Made by a program: the position numbers and the translations under genes. DNA of 63,030 nt, filler included, from Octopus bimaculoides (Eukaryota), in NCBI RefSeq assembly GCF_001194135.2. It is 6 parts of 6 records of this genome, joined end to end, with 100 filler letters (N's around TTAATTAATTAA, not from the genome) between each part and the next. Parts side by side here need not be neighbours in the genome. Positions count along the whole stretch, not along the records: positions 19,040 to 36,032 come from NC_068981.1; positions 36,133 to 44,779 come from NC_069007.1; 4 more parts are not named here. One strand, given 5' to 3'. Below the pieces are notes generated by a model. That model saw nothing but the letters and a program-made list of their open reading frames with translations. It ran no database searches and had not been told where the DNA came from. Shown here in pieces: positions 27,689 through 40,390 of the stretch; the stretch's first letter is position 1; each line of letters opens with the position of its first letter.

Positions 27689-28691
27689 CTAGCAGAAATA
27701 CCCGGCGTTGCTCGGAATTTAACTGGCATAATTTGTATATATGGTACAGTTAAGTTGAAACGTGATATGGGGAAGAGCAGCATTGACGACAAAACATTTG
27801 TGGAGTGAATGAAGGACTAATTCGACTAACTGACATGTCACGTGTCTGTTTGGAAGATTCCAGGCCCTAACCTTGTCATGGAAAAGTGGGTGGTGGGGTA
27901 TGTGATTTTTGAATGCACCAAAAAGCTCTCAGTGGGTATATTCTCCTTTGCGACTGTCGGCGCTGAACGATCAGCAGACATGGGAACTACAACTATATGA
28001 TAAATTAAGCCTGTGAGCGCGCTCAACAGCACCACATGAAAGAAATCTATATGAAAGAAATTATGTAGTAAGGGAAGGGTTGAATTGGCAATAAAGCGCT
28101 TGAAAAGAACACTGTAATGCGATATTTCGGTTTGGAATCCATAGTCGTGGTTCAACCGTGCACTCCTTTACATAAACAGCGTGCGACCATTGTGAGGACA
28201 ACTCAGCTCCCAAACGAAAACAATTCTGCATGCAGCGTCAGGGTGCGCAAGGTCACATTATGGACACGGTCTCTAAGAAACATGATTGGGTCACGTGACG
28301 TTTGGGTTGCTGACGTGTTTGGGAATCAATAGTCGTGGCTCAAACGTGCACTCCTTTACATAAACAGCGTGCGACCATTGTGAGGACAACTCAGCTCTCA
28401 AACGAAAACAATTCTGCATGCAGCGTCTGGGTACGCAAGATCTCATTAAGGACAAGGTCTCTAACTAACAGAGTTGGATTTCAGACACCATAAATTAATA
28501 GGTTAATGACCATGCGAGCAGTCGCACGTACCTCACTACTCATTATGTGAAAAAAATTTAAGAGTATAAAACCATCTATAGAACATAAGTAATGTATGTT
28601 TCCAGGTTGGAGAAAATCAGTTGCGAACTTCAGAAGTTATGCGGGTTTACACACACACACATACACACATCCTCAGTTTTATATATATAGA
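27689..28691 (-). mobile_element. Non-autonomous Helitron with internal 188-bp-period duplication
   Basis: Minus strand starts TCTATATATATAAAACTGAGGATGTGTG and ends ccgagcaacgccgggtatttctgCTAG|T. Internal direct repeat 28136-28275 / 28324-28463. Confidence 0.8.
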
Positions 28692-29225
28692 TAGATATAA
28701 AGCAAATAAAGGGCTCACTTTGCTGTTGATTTTTAGCCCAGATCAGCTTCTAACGAAGTTGAGAGACTTTTTACCTAAGGTCTTTATAACCGTGACTACA
28801 CCATATGATTTCTCCTGCACCAGTCTACCCTCGACAATTTGTTATATATCCTATTAGATAACTGGCTGAAGAAACTTGACTGCTTTTTCTAGCTACCATG
28901 CAGAGTTTCCCTTATTGGCTCAATTCGTAAATATTTAACTGTATATGAACATGTATCTTTATAATCTTTTCTACTAAAGGCACAAGGCCTGAAATTTGGG
29001 GTCTTTGCTCTTTGCCAAATGATGAAAGGCAAAGTCGACCTCGGTGGAATTGGAACTCAGGTACTGGAGACGGAAAAAATGCCGCTAAGCATTTTTCCCG
29101 GCGTGCTAACGACTCCGCTAGCGCTCCACCTTTATGTATCTTTATAATGACATATAAATGCACATGTGTGTATGTTTGCATTTGGGGACATCATTTTGTA
29201 AGATGATGTTTAATGATATAAACAT

Positions 29226-29590
29226 CAACCACATGGTTCCGGGTTCAGTCCCACTGCGTGGCACCTTGGGCAAGTGTCTAGCCTCGGGTCGACTAAAGCC
29301 CCGTGAGTGGATTTGGTAGATGGAAACTGAAAGAAGTCCGTCGTGTATATACATATAAATGTATGTATTTATTTGTGTGTCTGTGTTTGTGTCTCCCACC
29401 ACCATCGCTTGACAACCGATGTTGATATGTTTGCCTGTAACCTAGCGGTTCGGCCAAAGGGGATCGATAGAATAAGTACTAGGCTTACGAAGAATAAGTC
29501 CTGGGGGTCGATTTCTTCGACTAAAACCCTTTAAGGCGGAGCTCCAACATCGCAGCAGCAAAATGACTGAAACAAGTAAAAGAATAAAAG
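29226..29590 (+). mobile_element. Second SINE family copy
   Basis: Shared sequence with 44880-45135, 33170-33400, 18790-18939 and 3945-4672. Confidence 0.85.
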
Positions 29591-30469
29591 AGTGTAGTGT
29601 GTGTGTGTGTGTGTGTGTGAGCAATGGTGTTTAAGTATATATCGATGTTTAAATGTTAAGTTGTAAGAAAGACACACATGTAGCTTTCATCAAAGACACA
29701 TAACGAGCTTGATCAATAGGATGTTGAACTGCCGTTCGAAAGGTCTGGCGCCACTCAGCGTCTGTGTCCAAGATACTTGAATTATCAAATATCCCAGTCC
29801 ACTTAACTGTGAATATGTTCCAGAACTTTTCACACCTCGCTCCCATAGTTGTGACTTGGAGATCAAAAGAGGTAAAAACACTTTGTGAAGACGGCGTTGG
29901 GTATGCAATGAATTATTGGAATTAGTTATGTCACAAGCATACATAAGTTTACATTTATGTAGCCAACTCTGGAACGATTTATTCATACATTTATTCTTAA
30001 CACGTGTAGGCAGATTCAGGCACAAAATATGCTGGTCACTGCAATATGTCTTAGGAGAATGACTTCTCCATATTACAATGTATACAACACACTCGGCTCA
30101 TTGGTACATGCACACACACATGCGCACACAGAAAAGCACCCACACATACACACACATAAAATTAATCCTCATTCTCCTCTCTTTCGCTCCCTCTCTGTAG
30201 TAAAGGTTAGGTATTGCCTTATTGAGAAGGACTGATAAAACTGAAACATCGTCAGAACTGTTACGTCACTGCTAACGACCAAACTCACACTTTACAGTAG
30301 TCCATATGTAATTAATTTCAATCAAGAGAACAAGAGTGCTGGGTTCCCAATCATAAAACCGAAGGTTCGATTCCAGGACTAGGCGGCGTGTTGTGCTCTT
30401 GAGCAAGACACCTCATTTTTTTTTACTCCAATCTATTTAGCCTTAATAAGTTCCAGCCGAATGTTAATG

Positions 30470-30965
30470 TTCCTTACTCTCTCTCTTTCTCTTTCTCTTT
30501 CTCTCTCACTCTTTCTCTCTGCCTCTCTCCTTCTCTCTCTCACTCTCACTCTCTTTCTCTCGTCCTCTTTCTTTTTTCTTTGATTCTCTCTCTCTCTCTC
30601 GATTTTTCTCTCTTTCTTACTCTCTATCCCTCTCTTTCTTTCTATCTTTCTTTCTCCCATCCCTCTCTCTCTCTCTTTCTTACTCTCTATCCCCCCTCTC
30701 TCTCTCTCTTCCTCGCTCTCTTTCTTTGTTTCTTTGTTTCTTTCACACTTTCGCCTCTCTTTCTTTCTCTGTTTTTCTCTCTCTTTCTTACTATCTGTCC
30801 CTTTCTCTTTGTCGCCCTCTTCCACTCTCTCTCTCTCTCTTTCTTACTATCTGTCCCTTTCTCTTTGTCGCCCTCTTCCACTCTCTCTCTCACTTTCTCT
30901 CCTTTTTTTTATTTTTCTCCCTCTCTTTCTTACTCTCTATCCCTCTCTCTCTTTCTTTCTTTCTT

Positions 30966-31006
<41 letters not shown>

Positions 31007-31106
31007 CACTCTCTCTCCGTTCTTCATTTTTCTCTCTCTCTTTCTTACTCTCTAACCCTTTCTCTTTCTTTCTTTCTTTCACACTCTCTCTCACCTTCTT
31101 TCTTTC
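30470..31106. repeat. Compound CT/CTTT low-complexity tract with internal ~40-bp repeats
   Basis: Pure pyrimidine strand, with cttactatctgtccctttctctttgtcgccctcttcc repeated. Confidence 0.95.
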
Positions 31107-31689
31107 NNNNNNNNNNNNNNNNNNNNNNNNNNNNNNNNNNNNNNNNNNNNNNNNNNNNNNNNNNNNNNNNNNNNNNNNNNNNNNNNNNNNNNNNNNNNNN
31201 NNNNNNNNNNNNNNNNNNNNNNNNNNNNNNNNNNNNNNNNNNNNNNNNNNNNNNNNNNNNNNNNNNNNNNNNNNNNNNNNNNNNNNNNNNNNNNNNNNNN
31301 NNNNNNNNNNNNNNNNNNNNNNNNNNNNNNNNNNNNNNNNNNNNNNNNNNNNNNNNNNNNNNNNNNNNNNNNNNNNNNNNNNNNNNNNNNNNNNNNNNNN
31401 NNNNNNNNNNNNNNNNNNNNNNNNNNNNNNNNNNNNNNNNNNNNNNNNNNNNNNNNNNNNNNNNNNNNNNNNNCATGCGTTCTGGGTTTTACATTGTATT
31501 TCATGGGAAGGATATTTCCTTCTATTTGTCTTTGTTAAAAAAAAAAAAAACAATTTCGAGAATAGATAGTCACCACTAATTCGTATCGAAACCTTGTCCA
31601 CGATTTTCCTACCCATTGATGGATACGTCTAATCATTCCCCTCACCATGTATATATATATATATATATATGGGAGAATATACAAATAAT

Positions 31690-31830
31690 AACAACAGACG
31701 AGGACAGGTGGTGTAAATAACAAAAGGATATATTAGTATGACGCTCGGGAATACGGAAAGTCTTTGACGTTTCGAGCTACGCTCTTCAACAGAAAGAATA
31801 CGGAGACAAGGAGAAAAACACGGAGAAAAA
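31690..31830. repeat. Dispersed repeat, inverted copy at 35860-36010 (Penelope-like cgaaacg core)
   Basis: gaaagtctttgacgtttcgagc-tacgctcttcaac is the reverse complement of gttgaagagcgtaggctcgaaacgtcaaagactttc. Confidence 0.7.
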
Positions 31831-32165
31831 AAATTGAATAGTGTTCATTCAACGGTCAATATGGATGCATATTTGAAATTAGCATCCATAAAGACACAGA
31901 TATGTGTGGGAGGTCGTTTAAAGTTGTACACAATGTTTTCTTAGCCGTCTGTACGAGGCCCATTCTTTGATGGAACGGAGACTTATGAACTTAATCGATT
32001 CCACAAGCTTATTCTTGGTATCTATTTTATGAATGCCCACTTTTCTTCCATGCGCACTACAACTACGAGAAAGCAAGAAGGGAAGGCCTCCTCTTCATAG
32101 TCATTCGGTCTGTTAGAAATAGTAACCAAATCTTCCTCAAATCATGCAATACCCTACTACTATTT

Positions 32166-32440
32166 TATTGTAAAGATACAAAAATAAGAGGAATGACCAG
32201 CAAAAGTGGACTCCTATATGCTAGAAATAGATGCCGAATCATCTAACCACGAAAAATATGTTCTCAGTAAAAATTTAGCGACACAACAGACTGTAAAAGG
32301 AGTCCACTTTTGCTGGTCATTCCTCTTATTTTTGTATGTAATATAATTTTAATCTTCGAATTTTTTTAATATGCTAGACCACTGGTTTTAATTGATTAAT
32401 ATCAATTTCTACCCTTATTAATAAATGTATTGTAAAGATA
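32166..32440. mobile_element. Small insertion with 13-bp TSD and 40-bp perfect inverted repeat (Penelope-like)
   Basis: Direct repeat tattgtaaagata at 32166-32178 and 32428-32440. Inverted repeat at 32176-32215 / 32298-32337. Confidence 0.6.
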
Positions 32441-33778
32441 GATTGACCTTATACTAAACACTAAACAATGTGGCTGAAAAATTAAAATTAAAATTAAAAT
32501 TAAAAAAGGTGGGATGGTCACAGCTGGAATTCTTTGCTCGGGCGTAGCTGACTGGGGACTAAACGAGGAAAACAATCAGAAGTTTTGCATTGAGAGCCCT
32601 TTGACTGGGCAAGGCGAAAGTAAATCTACAATGCACGCAATTTCAATTAATTAACGTAGTAGTACATCTTTTGCTTATATGCACAGACCCTTTTCATAGA
32701 ATGCATTAACAACTAAATATGTAAATAGATGAATAACATAAAGGGGGTTTGCATTCCCTAAAATGTTGTCTTTTCTTTTCTAGAGTCACCTGTTTGTTTG
32801 CATGTCACTACACGTGCATCCATATATCTTCATATATATATAACCATCCAATCAAACGACTTTTCATATCACAGCTGTTGCTCTTGCAAACGATGTTGTT
32901 TGTTGCTACTACTGCTGCTATAACTGCTGTAACTGCAGCTACTACTACCGCTGCTACTGCCGCTTCTGCTGCTAGTGTTGAGTGCGGTGTTGGCAGTGGA
33001 AGCGGCGGCGGCGTGGGTGTGGTAATTGAACATGGTTGCGGTTAAAATGCGACTTGATCCGAGACAACAGAATGCGCGCGTCGGTTTCAGTTCTTTTTCA
33101 TCTCAGTAATATTATCCTAGCAACGAATGAACGCCAAAAATCTCCTCTCCACAGTGTCTTCTGCTTCAACCCCGAGTCGACCAAAACCTTGTGAATGAAT
33201 TTGGTAGATAATTGTATATCTCTATGTATGTGTGTGTGTCTTTAAACCTGTGTTTGTTCCCCACCACCGCTTGATAACTGGTGTCCGTTTGTTTACGTCC
33301 AAGTAAGTTAGGGGTTCGGCACAAACAAACTGATGGAAAAATACCAGGTTTAAAAAAAGAAGTGACTTAGGTCGATTTGTTCGAGAAAAACCTTCAAAGC
33401 AAGTCAAAAATTGTTAAATTAGTAAATATATACCGGGTCTCCCAAATAATGTACGAAGGGAACATGTTGTTATTCTTGTTGTTGTTGTTCTAGTTTGTGC
33501 CTTGTTGTTCTTGTTCTTGTTGTTTAGCCCCAGACCCGTCCTCATTAAGTAAACCTAAGACCCAAAAAAAATTCTGGTCATGGCTGTCCCGTCTTTTTAC
33601 GTGCTATGGACTATAGTGTCCAACGTGCTATTCCGTGTGTAAGGCGATAAGTTTTAAGATTTGACTCATATCTGATTTACTGTTTCTAACTGCAGAGAAT
33701 CTTTCGTTTCTGCTAAGGTTTCTACAAAAAAGACCACCAAAAACACACTCATTCAAATACACAAATACATATATGTGC

Positions 33779-33830
<52 letters not shown>

Positions 33831-34943
33831 NNNNNNNNNNNNNNNNNNNNNNNNNNNNNNNNNNNNNNNNNNNNNNNNNNNNNNNNNNNNNNNNNNNNNN
33901 NNNNNNNNNNNNNNNNNNNNNNNNNNNNNNNNNNNNNNNNNNNNNNNNNNNNNNNNNNNNNNNNNNNNNNNNNNNNNNNNNNNNNNNNNNNNNNNNNNNN
34001 NNNNNNNNNNNNNNNNNNNNNNNNNNNNNNNNNNNNNNNNNNNNNNNNNNNNNNNNNNNNNNNNNNNNNNNNNNNNNNNNNNNNNNNNNNNNNNNNNNNN
34101 NNNNNNNNNNNNNNNNNNNNNNNNNNNNNNNNNNNNNNNNNNNNNNNNNNNNNNNNNNNNNNNNNNNNNNNNNNNNNNNNNNNNNNNNNNNNNNNNNNNN
34201 NNNNNNNNNNNNNNNNNNNNNNNNNNNNNNNNNNNNNNNNNNNNNNNNNNNNNNNNNNNNNNNNNNNNNNNNNNNNNNNNNNNNNNNNNNNNNNNNNNNN
34301 NNNNNNNNNNNNNNNNNNNNNNNNNNNNNNNNNNNNNNNNNNNNNNNNNNNNNNNNNNNNNNNNNNNNNNNNNNNNNNNNNNNNNNNNNNNNNNNNNNNN
34401 NNNNNNNNNNNNNNNNNNNNNNNNNNNNNNNNNNNNNNNNNNNNNNNNNNNNNNNNNNNNNNNNNNNNNNNNNNNNNNNNNNNNNNNNNNNNNNNNNNNN
34501 NNNNNNNNNNNNNNNNNNNNNNNNNNNNNNNNNNNNNNNNNNNNNNNNNNNNNNNNNNNNNNNNNNNNNNNNNNNNNNNNNNNNNNNNNNNNNNNNNNNN
34601 NNNNNNNNNNNNNNNNNNNNNNNNNNNNNNNNNNNNNNNNNNNNNNNNNNNNNNNNNNNNNNNNNNNNNNNNNNNNNNNNNNNNNNNNNNNNNNNNNNNN
34701 NNNNNNNNNNNNNNNNNNNNNNNNNNNNNNNNNNNNNNNNNNNNNNNNNNNNNNNNNNNNNTATATGTATATGAGAAGGTGCGTGGCATAGTGGTTACGA
34801 TGTTGCACTCACGATCGCGAGTTCGATTCTCGGACCAAACTGCGCATTGCGTTGTTAAGCATAGCACTTTATTTCGCGTTGCTCCAGTCCACTCAGCCGT
34901 AACACATCCTCGAAATTGTTGTTGTTGTTATTATTATTATTAT

Positions 34944-34988
<45 letters not shown>

Positions 34989-34989
34989 C

Positions 34990-35470
34990 ATTGAGTGAGA
35001 AAGCAGCGCATGTCATCAAAGTGACACTAGGGTGCAAGTATACGAAGCCCAATACACCCATCATGACTACCCGTCTGATAAGAGTACACCAGGCACAACA
35101 ACCATATGTACACGACATGATGATCTCATATCAAGATAAACAGCGCATGACTTTACAGGTGGGTCCTGGTTAGAATCTTCTTCAGATAGAGTAGCCCATC
35201 TCGCTGAAAAGGTCACTGAATAAGGGTTGTTTAAAGACATTGAACGAAAGACATTGAACGAAACACCCGTATTTCCAAGGATGAATTATTGAAACCCCAA
35301 AGAATTCCTCACAACATATGGCTATGATGCCCCCCACCACCACCACCACTACTGCTGCTCGTCATCAGTGATGCACATATAGTCAGCCACTAAGGGACAT
35401 GCTCAACGGGTTACGGTCAAGCATCTGACGAGGAAATCCGTGGCATTCAGCAGAATATTTGCTCTAACCC
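34990..35470. repeat. Interspersed repeat, recognised as a common octopus family
   Basis: Recognised from recall only. No ORF homology and no second copy in the window. Confidence 0.4.
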
Positions 35471-36032
35471 ATCCTTTACACGTACATTATTGGTAAGTTG
35501 GTCGAATAGTTAGCACGTTGGGCCAAACGCTTAACAGCTTTCCGCTGCGTCTTTACGTTCTGAATTCAATTTCTGTCGAGGCTGACTTTGCCTTTCTGCC
35601 TTTCAGGGTCGTTAAAATAAGTACCAGTTGAGCTTTGGGGGTCAATGTAATCGACTTATCTCTTCACCGAAATTGGTGGCCCTGGTGCCAAAACTTGAAA
35701 ACATCATTATACTCTCTGTGTGTGGTGTGTGTGTGTGCGTGCGTGTGTATGTACGTGCGTGTATGTATGTGTTTGTGCTTGTTCGTGTACCTGTTTTTTT
35801 TTCATGCTGGACACCACTATATATATGCATCGCCATGATAGATCGCTGACCACTACATTTATATTTTTTTCTCCTTGTTTCTCTCCTTATTTCTTTCTGT
35901 GTTCCTTTCAGTTGAAGAGCGTAGGCTCGAAACGTCAAAGACTTTCTCTATTCCCGAGCCTTAAACTAATACATTCATTTGTTGTTTACACCACCTGTCT
36001 TCGTCTGTTGTTTTCTTTTCGTAAATTCTCCC

Positions 36033-36132
36033 NNNNNNNNNNNNNNNNNNNNNNNNNNNNNNNNNNNNNNNNNNNNTTAATTAATTAANNNNNNNNNNNN
36101 NNNNNNNNNNNNNNNNNNNNNNNNNNNNNNNN
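36033..36132. other. Scaffold-join spacer
   Basis: Same 100-bp construct. Confidence 0.95.
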
Positions 36133-36148
36133 CGAGTGTGTTCTGTTG

Positions 36149-36181
<33 letters not shown>

Positions 36182-36662
36182 GGTGGTGGTGGTGGTGGTG
36201 GTTGTCGAAAAGTGATAGGATTGCTGGTTGTTGTAGTAGTACTGCTAATGCTGAGGGATATAGTGGTGTTTGGGATGTGTCCTATCAAAAGTTGACAATC
36301 TAGGTTACGCTGTTGGCTCGGTTCTTCACGACTACCCGAACAGCCGCGTCAGGAGCAGCTCAACCAATGTCAAACTTTCGGCTGGGCTATGACAATGTGA
36401 TAGTCATTTCATCAGATCCGGATGTCTACCATATTGCGTCATCTTAGACATCCGGTCGCATCATCAGACATGCAGTTATTTAGGCAAGTGGAGACATTCT
36501 AAGAGAATGGATCCCAGTAAAGGCATATAAGAGTAGCGGAATGGGTTTAAAGTGGGTAACTGAAGAGTTCCAGCATTGATGCCTTGTGTGTAGTAAGAAC
36601 AAAAACCAAAGAGGAACCAGTCAGAAGGTAGTCTTGAAAGTTAAACGCTTGTATGTACTTAC

Positions 36663-36746
36663 CTGTAGTACATTTAGACATGGTTTCTGAAACTGAACAA
36701 TTTCTTTCATCGTGTTTTCGATGGCAAATCACTTCATTTTTGGAGT
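36663..36746 (-). CDS. vWA gene Cys-rich exon C
   Basis: tttcttttgtacag|AC...ACA G|gtaagt, 84 nt, phase 1-1. DSKNEVICHRKHDERNCSVSETMSKCTT. In phase after exon B'. Confidence 0.75.
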
Positions 36747-37638
36747 CTGTACAAAAGAAAGATGTACAAAATGGTAGAAAGATTGATGGACGGACAGTTA
36801 GAAGGACATATATATATATATATATATATATANNNNNNNNNNNNNNNNNNNNNNNNNNNNNNNNNNNNNNNNNNNNNNNNNNNNNNNNNNNNNNNNNNNN
36901 NNNNNNNNNNNNNNNNNNNNNNNNNNNNNNNNNNNNNNNNNNNNNNNNNNNNNNNNNNNNNNNNNNNNNNNNNNNNNNNNNNNNNNNNNNNNNNNNNNNN
37001 NNNNNNNNNNNNNNNNNNNNNNNNNNNNNNNNNNNNNNNNNNNNNNNNNNNNNNNNNNNNNNNNNNNNNNNNNNNNNNNNNNNNNNNNNNNNNNNNNNNN
37101 NNNNNNNNNNNNNNNNNNNNNNNNNNNNNNNNNNNNNNNNNNNNNNNNNNNNNNNNNNNNNNNNNNNNNNNNNNNNNNNNNNNNNNNNNNNNNNNNNNNN
37201 TATATATATATATATATGTTTATGCACATATACATGCACATATATCTGTACCTATATATATGTATGTAGATAGATAGATAGATAGATACATATATACATA
37301 CATACATACATACGTACATACATACATACATACATATAGTTTATAGAGAGATAGAGTTTATAGATGAGGGCAGATATTGTCCGTACAGAAAACATTTCAA
37401 TGCTCAAACGTTTAAACTTGAGCCGGTATAGGAGTAAATGCAAGGATAAGGACGTATATCGATTTACTTTTCCTTATATTTCCTCCTACACACGCACACA
37501 CAGACACACAAACACACAGACACACACTCACACATTCATACACACACGCATACATATATGTATGTAGGTATGTATACACATGTTTGCATACAGATTCAGA
37601 ATGTAGAATAACATTTGAAAACGAAACCATTTGCTCAC

Positions 37639-37879
37639 CTTTTGGCATGATGATGATTGAATACGAAGAATGGTTGCAAGCCGTAGAGTTGAGTCCATGT
37701 CGACTCTTAGCGAAAATTGTAAGAGATAGATGATCATGTTTTGATTTCCTCATAAAAGATATGGCACCAGGAAATCCATCCCTTGCAGTTGTATCCATTT
37801 TGTAGTGATGGTCAGCTTTAGGGTCGTGTTTGTTGTGAAACGCAGCATTCACGATGACATCGGCACAATGGGCCATCAC
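37639..37879 (-). CDS. vWA gene exon B' (second half of repeat domain 2)
   Basis: ctcttcttag|GTG...AAA G|gtgagc, 241 nt, phase 0-1. VMAHCADVIVNAAFHNKHDPKADHHYK...LNSTACNHSSYSIIIMPK aligns with exon B, with both Cys conserved. Confidence 0.88.
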
Positions 37880-38524
37880 CTAAGAAGAGTAAAGATGTAA
37901 AATTAATGGTCACCTCGGTCATTGGATAGCGATATCATCCCATCAATATACTGTCTGGCCTTGAAAATATCTCTTCTATTACTTTCAAATTTTATACCCG
38001 GACGCTACCCACTGACCTTACTGAATTTTCCAATTTTTCGATCTCAGTAGAAATCGTTCCTGATTTCTGGGAATACCATTTCTTTAATTCCCTGCAATTA
38101 TGGATTTATTTCCCACAGTCCCAAAAAATCAGACAGGATATGGAGACAGTCGTCAACGATTCTTCTTCACCAATATCTTAAATCCTTCTCCCTATATGGC
38201 TTCCATAATAAAGTTACCAATATGGCTTCCATAATAAAGTTTATCCGTATCTCGTCTCTATCCAAGTTTACAGATCCGTCCATCTCTCTTTTCCTCATCG
38301 CCCATTCTGGATCTCACCCCCACAGTTCACCTATCAACTCTTAGACGCGAATCCTTTATTTAAATCAGACACAAACAGAACATCATTCGTATGAATCTTA
38401 CCAGTTTCGGTAAGGCGACGAGGTGTGTGGGCGTTCAACCAACATCTACTAGCACACGTGACTAATCACATGACAATAGAAATAGAAAAGAAACGTAGCT
38501 GGTGTTGAGGAAAGATCGTCTTAC

Positions 38525-38646
38525 CCAAATCTTACTTCCTGAGGAATGTGTACTGTTGCTAATTTCCAAAACATTTTCGTGTATTTCGTTATCCATTGGA
38601 ATACTGGTATTAAACAATTCACTGATTTTGCCAACAACAGGTTTCG
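38525..38646 (-). CDS. vWA gene exon A' (first half of repeat domain 2)
   Basis: gattgcag|CG...TGG|gtaaga, 122 nt, phase 1-0, same length and phase as exon A. AKPVVGKISELFNTSIPMDNEIHENVLEISNSTHSSGSKIW aligns with exon A. Confidence 0.85.
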
Positions 38647-38912
38647 CTGCAATCGAAATCGATCGTTTATAATGGAGGTATAAAATCACGTGTGCAGGTG
38701 TACGTGTGTGTGTGCATGTGTGTGTGTGNNNNNNNNNNTGTGTGTGTGTGTGTGTGTGTGTATGTGTGCATATATATATATATATATAGATATATATATG
38801 TATATGTGTATGTGTATGTGTGTATATATATATGTATATGTATATGTATGTGTGTATGTGTATGTATATGTATGTATATTTTTTTATATATATATATGTA
38901 TATATATATATA

Positions 38913-39010
38913 CAAACCCCTTCAGGTAGATGGCCCTGCTCAGTATGCAGTAAAGGAGTAGGTAGTAACTCTATAAGATGTACCCGGTGCAAGCTATGGA
39001 CACATAAGAG
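38913..39010 (+). mobile_element. RTE-type LINE PHD-like Cys-motif fragment in a vWA gene intron
   Basis: [32 protein letters not shown], truncated by a gap. This motif is typical of invertebrate RTE LINE ORFs. Confidence 0.65.
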
Positions 39011-39676
39011 NNNNNNNNNNCACACACACACACACACACACACATACAAACATACATACATACGTACATACACACAGATATACATACGTACATAGATACA
39101 CATAAAATATGCGAGAAGGAAAATGGAATTCAGGAGACGCTTTATTATTCAGTATGACCGTTTCGACCCAACGCGCACAGGTGCCTCGCGAGTTAGATGC
39201 TGTAGAAGCAGTTTTGCTGCATTAGTGGTGCATATGTACCTCGTCAGATGACTTGCCAAAATTGACCCCGTTTTTCCAATCTCTGCTTCTCTTAGCTCGT
39301 TCAGAATTCATTTTGGAAATTGCAGTTCGCTACGCGTCTACACGAGACACTTGGATTATAATAAAAAAACAGTTCTCGTATAAGTATTAAAAGTACGTGT
39401 CTTCTGCTATAGCCTAGGGCTGACCAAAACCATCCACCGATGAAAAATCAAAGGGGTGATTAAGATATAAAACAAATAAGACTGTTAAACGAGGCACGTG
39501 TAATGCCGAGGTGCGGGGTGTAGACAAACATTTTCCTGTCACCAGATATCTCTCTAGAGTGAAAATGCTAATAAGTGAATATGTATCTATGTGCGTACAT
39601 TTATACAGTGTAATAGATATAAATATTTAGCTTCCTGAAAACTTGATGGTGACTTAGGGTCAGATGGAATATCCGA

Positions 39677-39759
39677 TCATGTTCTGCGTTTCGTATTTTC
39701 TCTATGCACAGTCGAAGGTCTGCAGGTTGTGAACTTGTAAACCTCTGGATTACGTGTAC
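39677..39759 (-). CDS. Candidate alternative terminal exon of the vWA gene
   Basis: gattgttacag|GT, in phase after exon B: GTRNPEVYKFTTCRPSTVHRENTKRRT*. No homology support. Confidence 0.25.
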
Positions 39760-40010
39760 CTGTAACAATCCCGAAGGAGAAAGTGATATTTAGGGGTTAA
39801 AAACTTGTAAGTACTTACTGTCGTAACATGCAGAGTCGAGTTGCTCTGCAGTACATGAGCTGTTGACATGTTTCACGACGCAAGCCGCTTCCATTTTGGG
39901 TGCTGTGAGAGACAAAGAGAGACTTTAGAACAGGAATAGACAAACATTCCATTGGTTAGTAGTAAGCACAACTAAACATGATTATAACTAGATATATACT
40001 GTGTATGTGT

Positions 40011-40390
40011 GGAGGCGCAATGGCCCAGTGGTTAGGGCAGCGGACTCGCGGTCATAGGATCGCGGTTTCGATTCCCAGACCGGGCATTGTGATTGTTTAT
40101 TGAGCGAAAACACCTAAAAGCTCCACGAGGCTCCGGCAGGGGATGGTGGCGAACCCTGCTGTACTCTTTCACCACAACTTTCTCTCACTCTTACTTCCTG
40201 TTTCTGTTGTGCCTGTAATTCAAAGGGGTCAGCCTTGTCACACTCTGTGTCACGCTGAATATCCCCGAGAACTACGTTAAGGGTACACGTGTGTCTGTGG
40301 AGTGCTCAGCCACTTGCACGTTAATTTCACGAGCAGGCTGTTCCGTTGATCGGATCAACTGGAACACTCCTCGTCGTAAGCGACGGAGTG
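40011..40390 (+). mobile_element. tRNA-derived SINE, full length
   Basis: A box TGGCCCAGTGG, B box GGTTTCGATTCCC. Near-identical to the copy at 52172-52560. Confidence 0.9.

Noticed and set aside
28136-28463. Direct repeats as a CRISPR-like array
   Set aside because: Only two 140-bp copies inside a Helitron; no spacer structure or cas genes; eukaryotic DNA.
32869-33033. 54-aa Ser/Ala-rich minus-strand smORF
   Set aside because: Built from AGC/AGT-type trinucleotide repeats; no domain or splice support.
38402-38461. Phase 1-1 exon candidate VTCASRCWLNAHTPRRLTET
   Set aside because: Lies in a phase-0 intron (A'-B'), so inclusion would break the frame.
38913-39010. PHD-finger-like peptide as a host exon
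   Set aside because: Motif is typical of RTE LINEs; opposite strand to the host gene, within an intron.
40011-40085. tRNA-like A/B boxes
   Set aside because: SINE head (also at 52172); no acceptor stem, and it continues into the SINE body.
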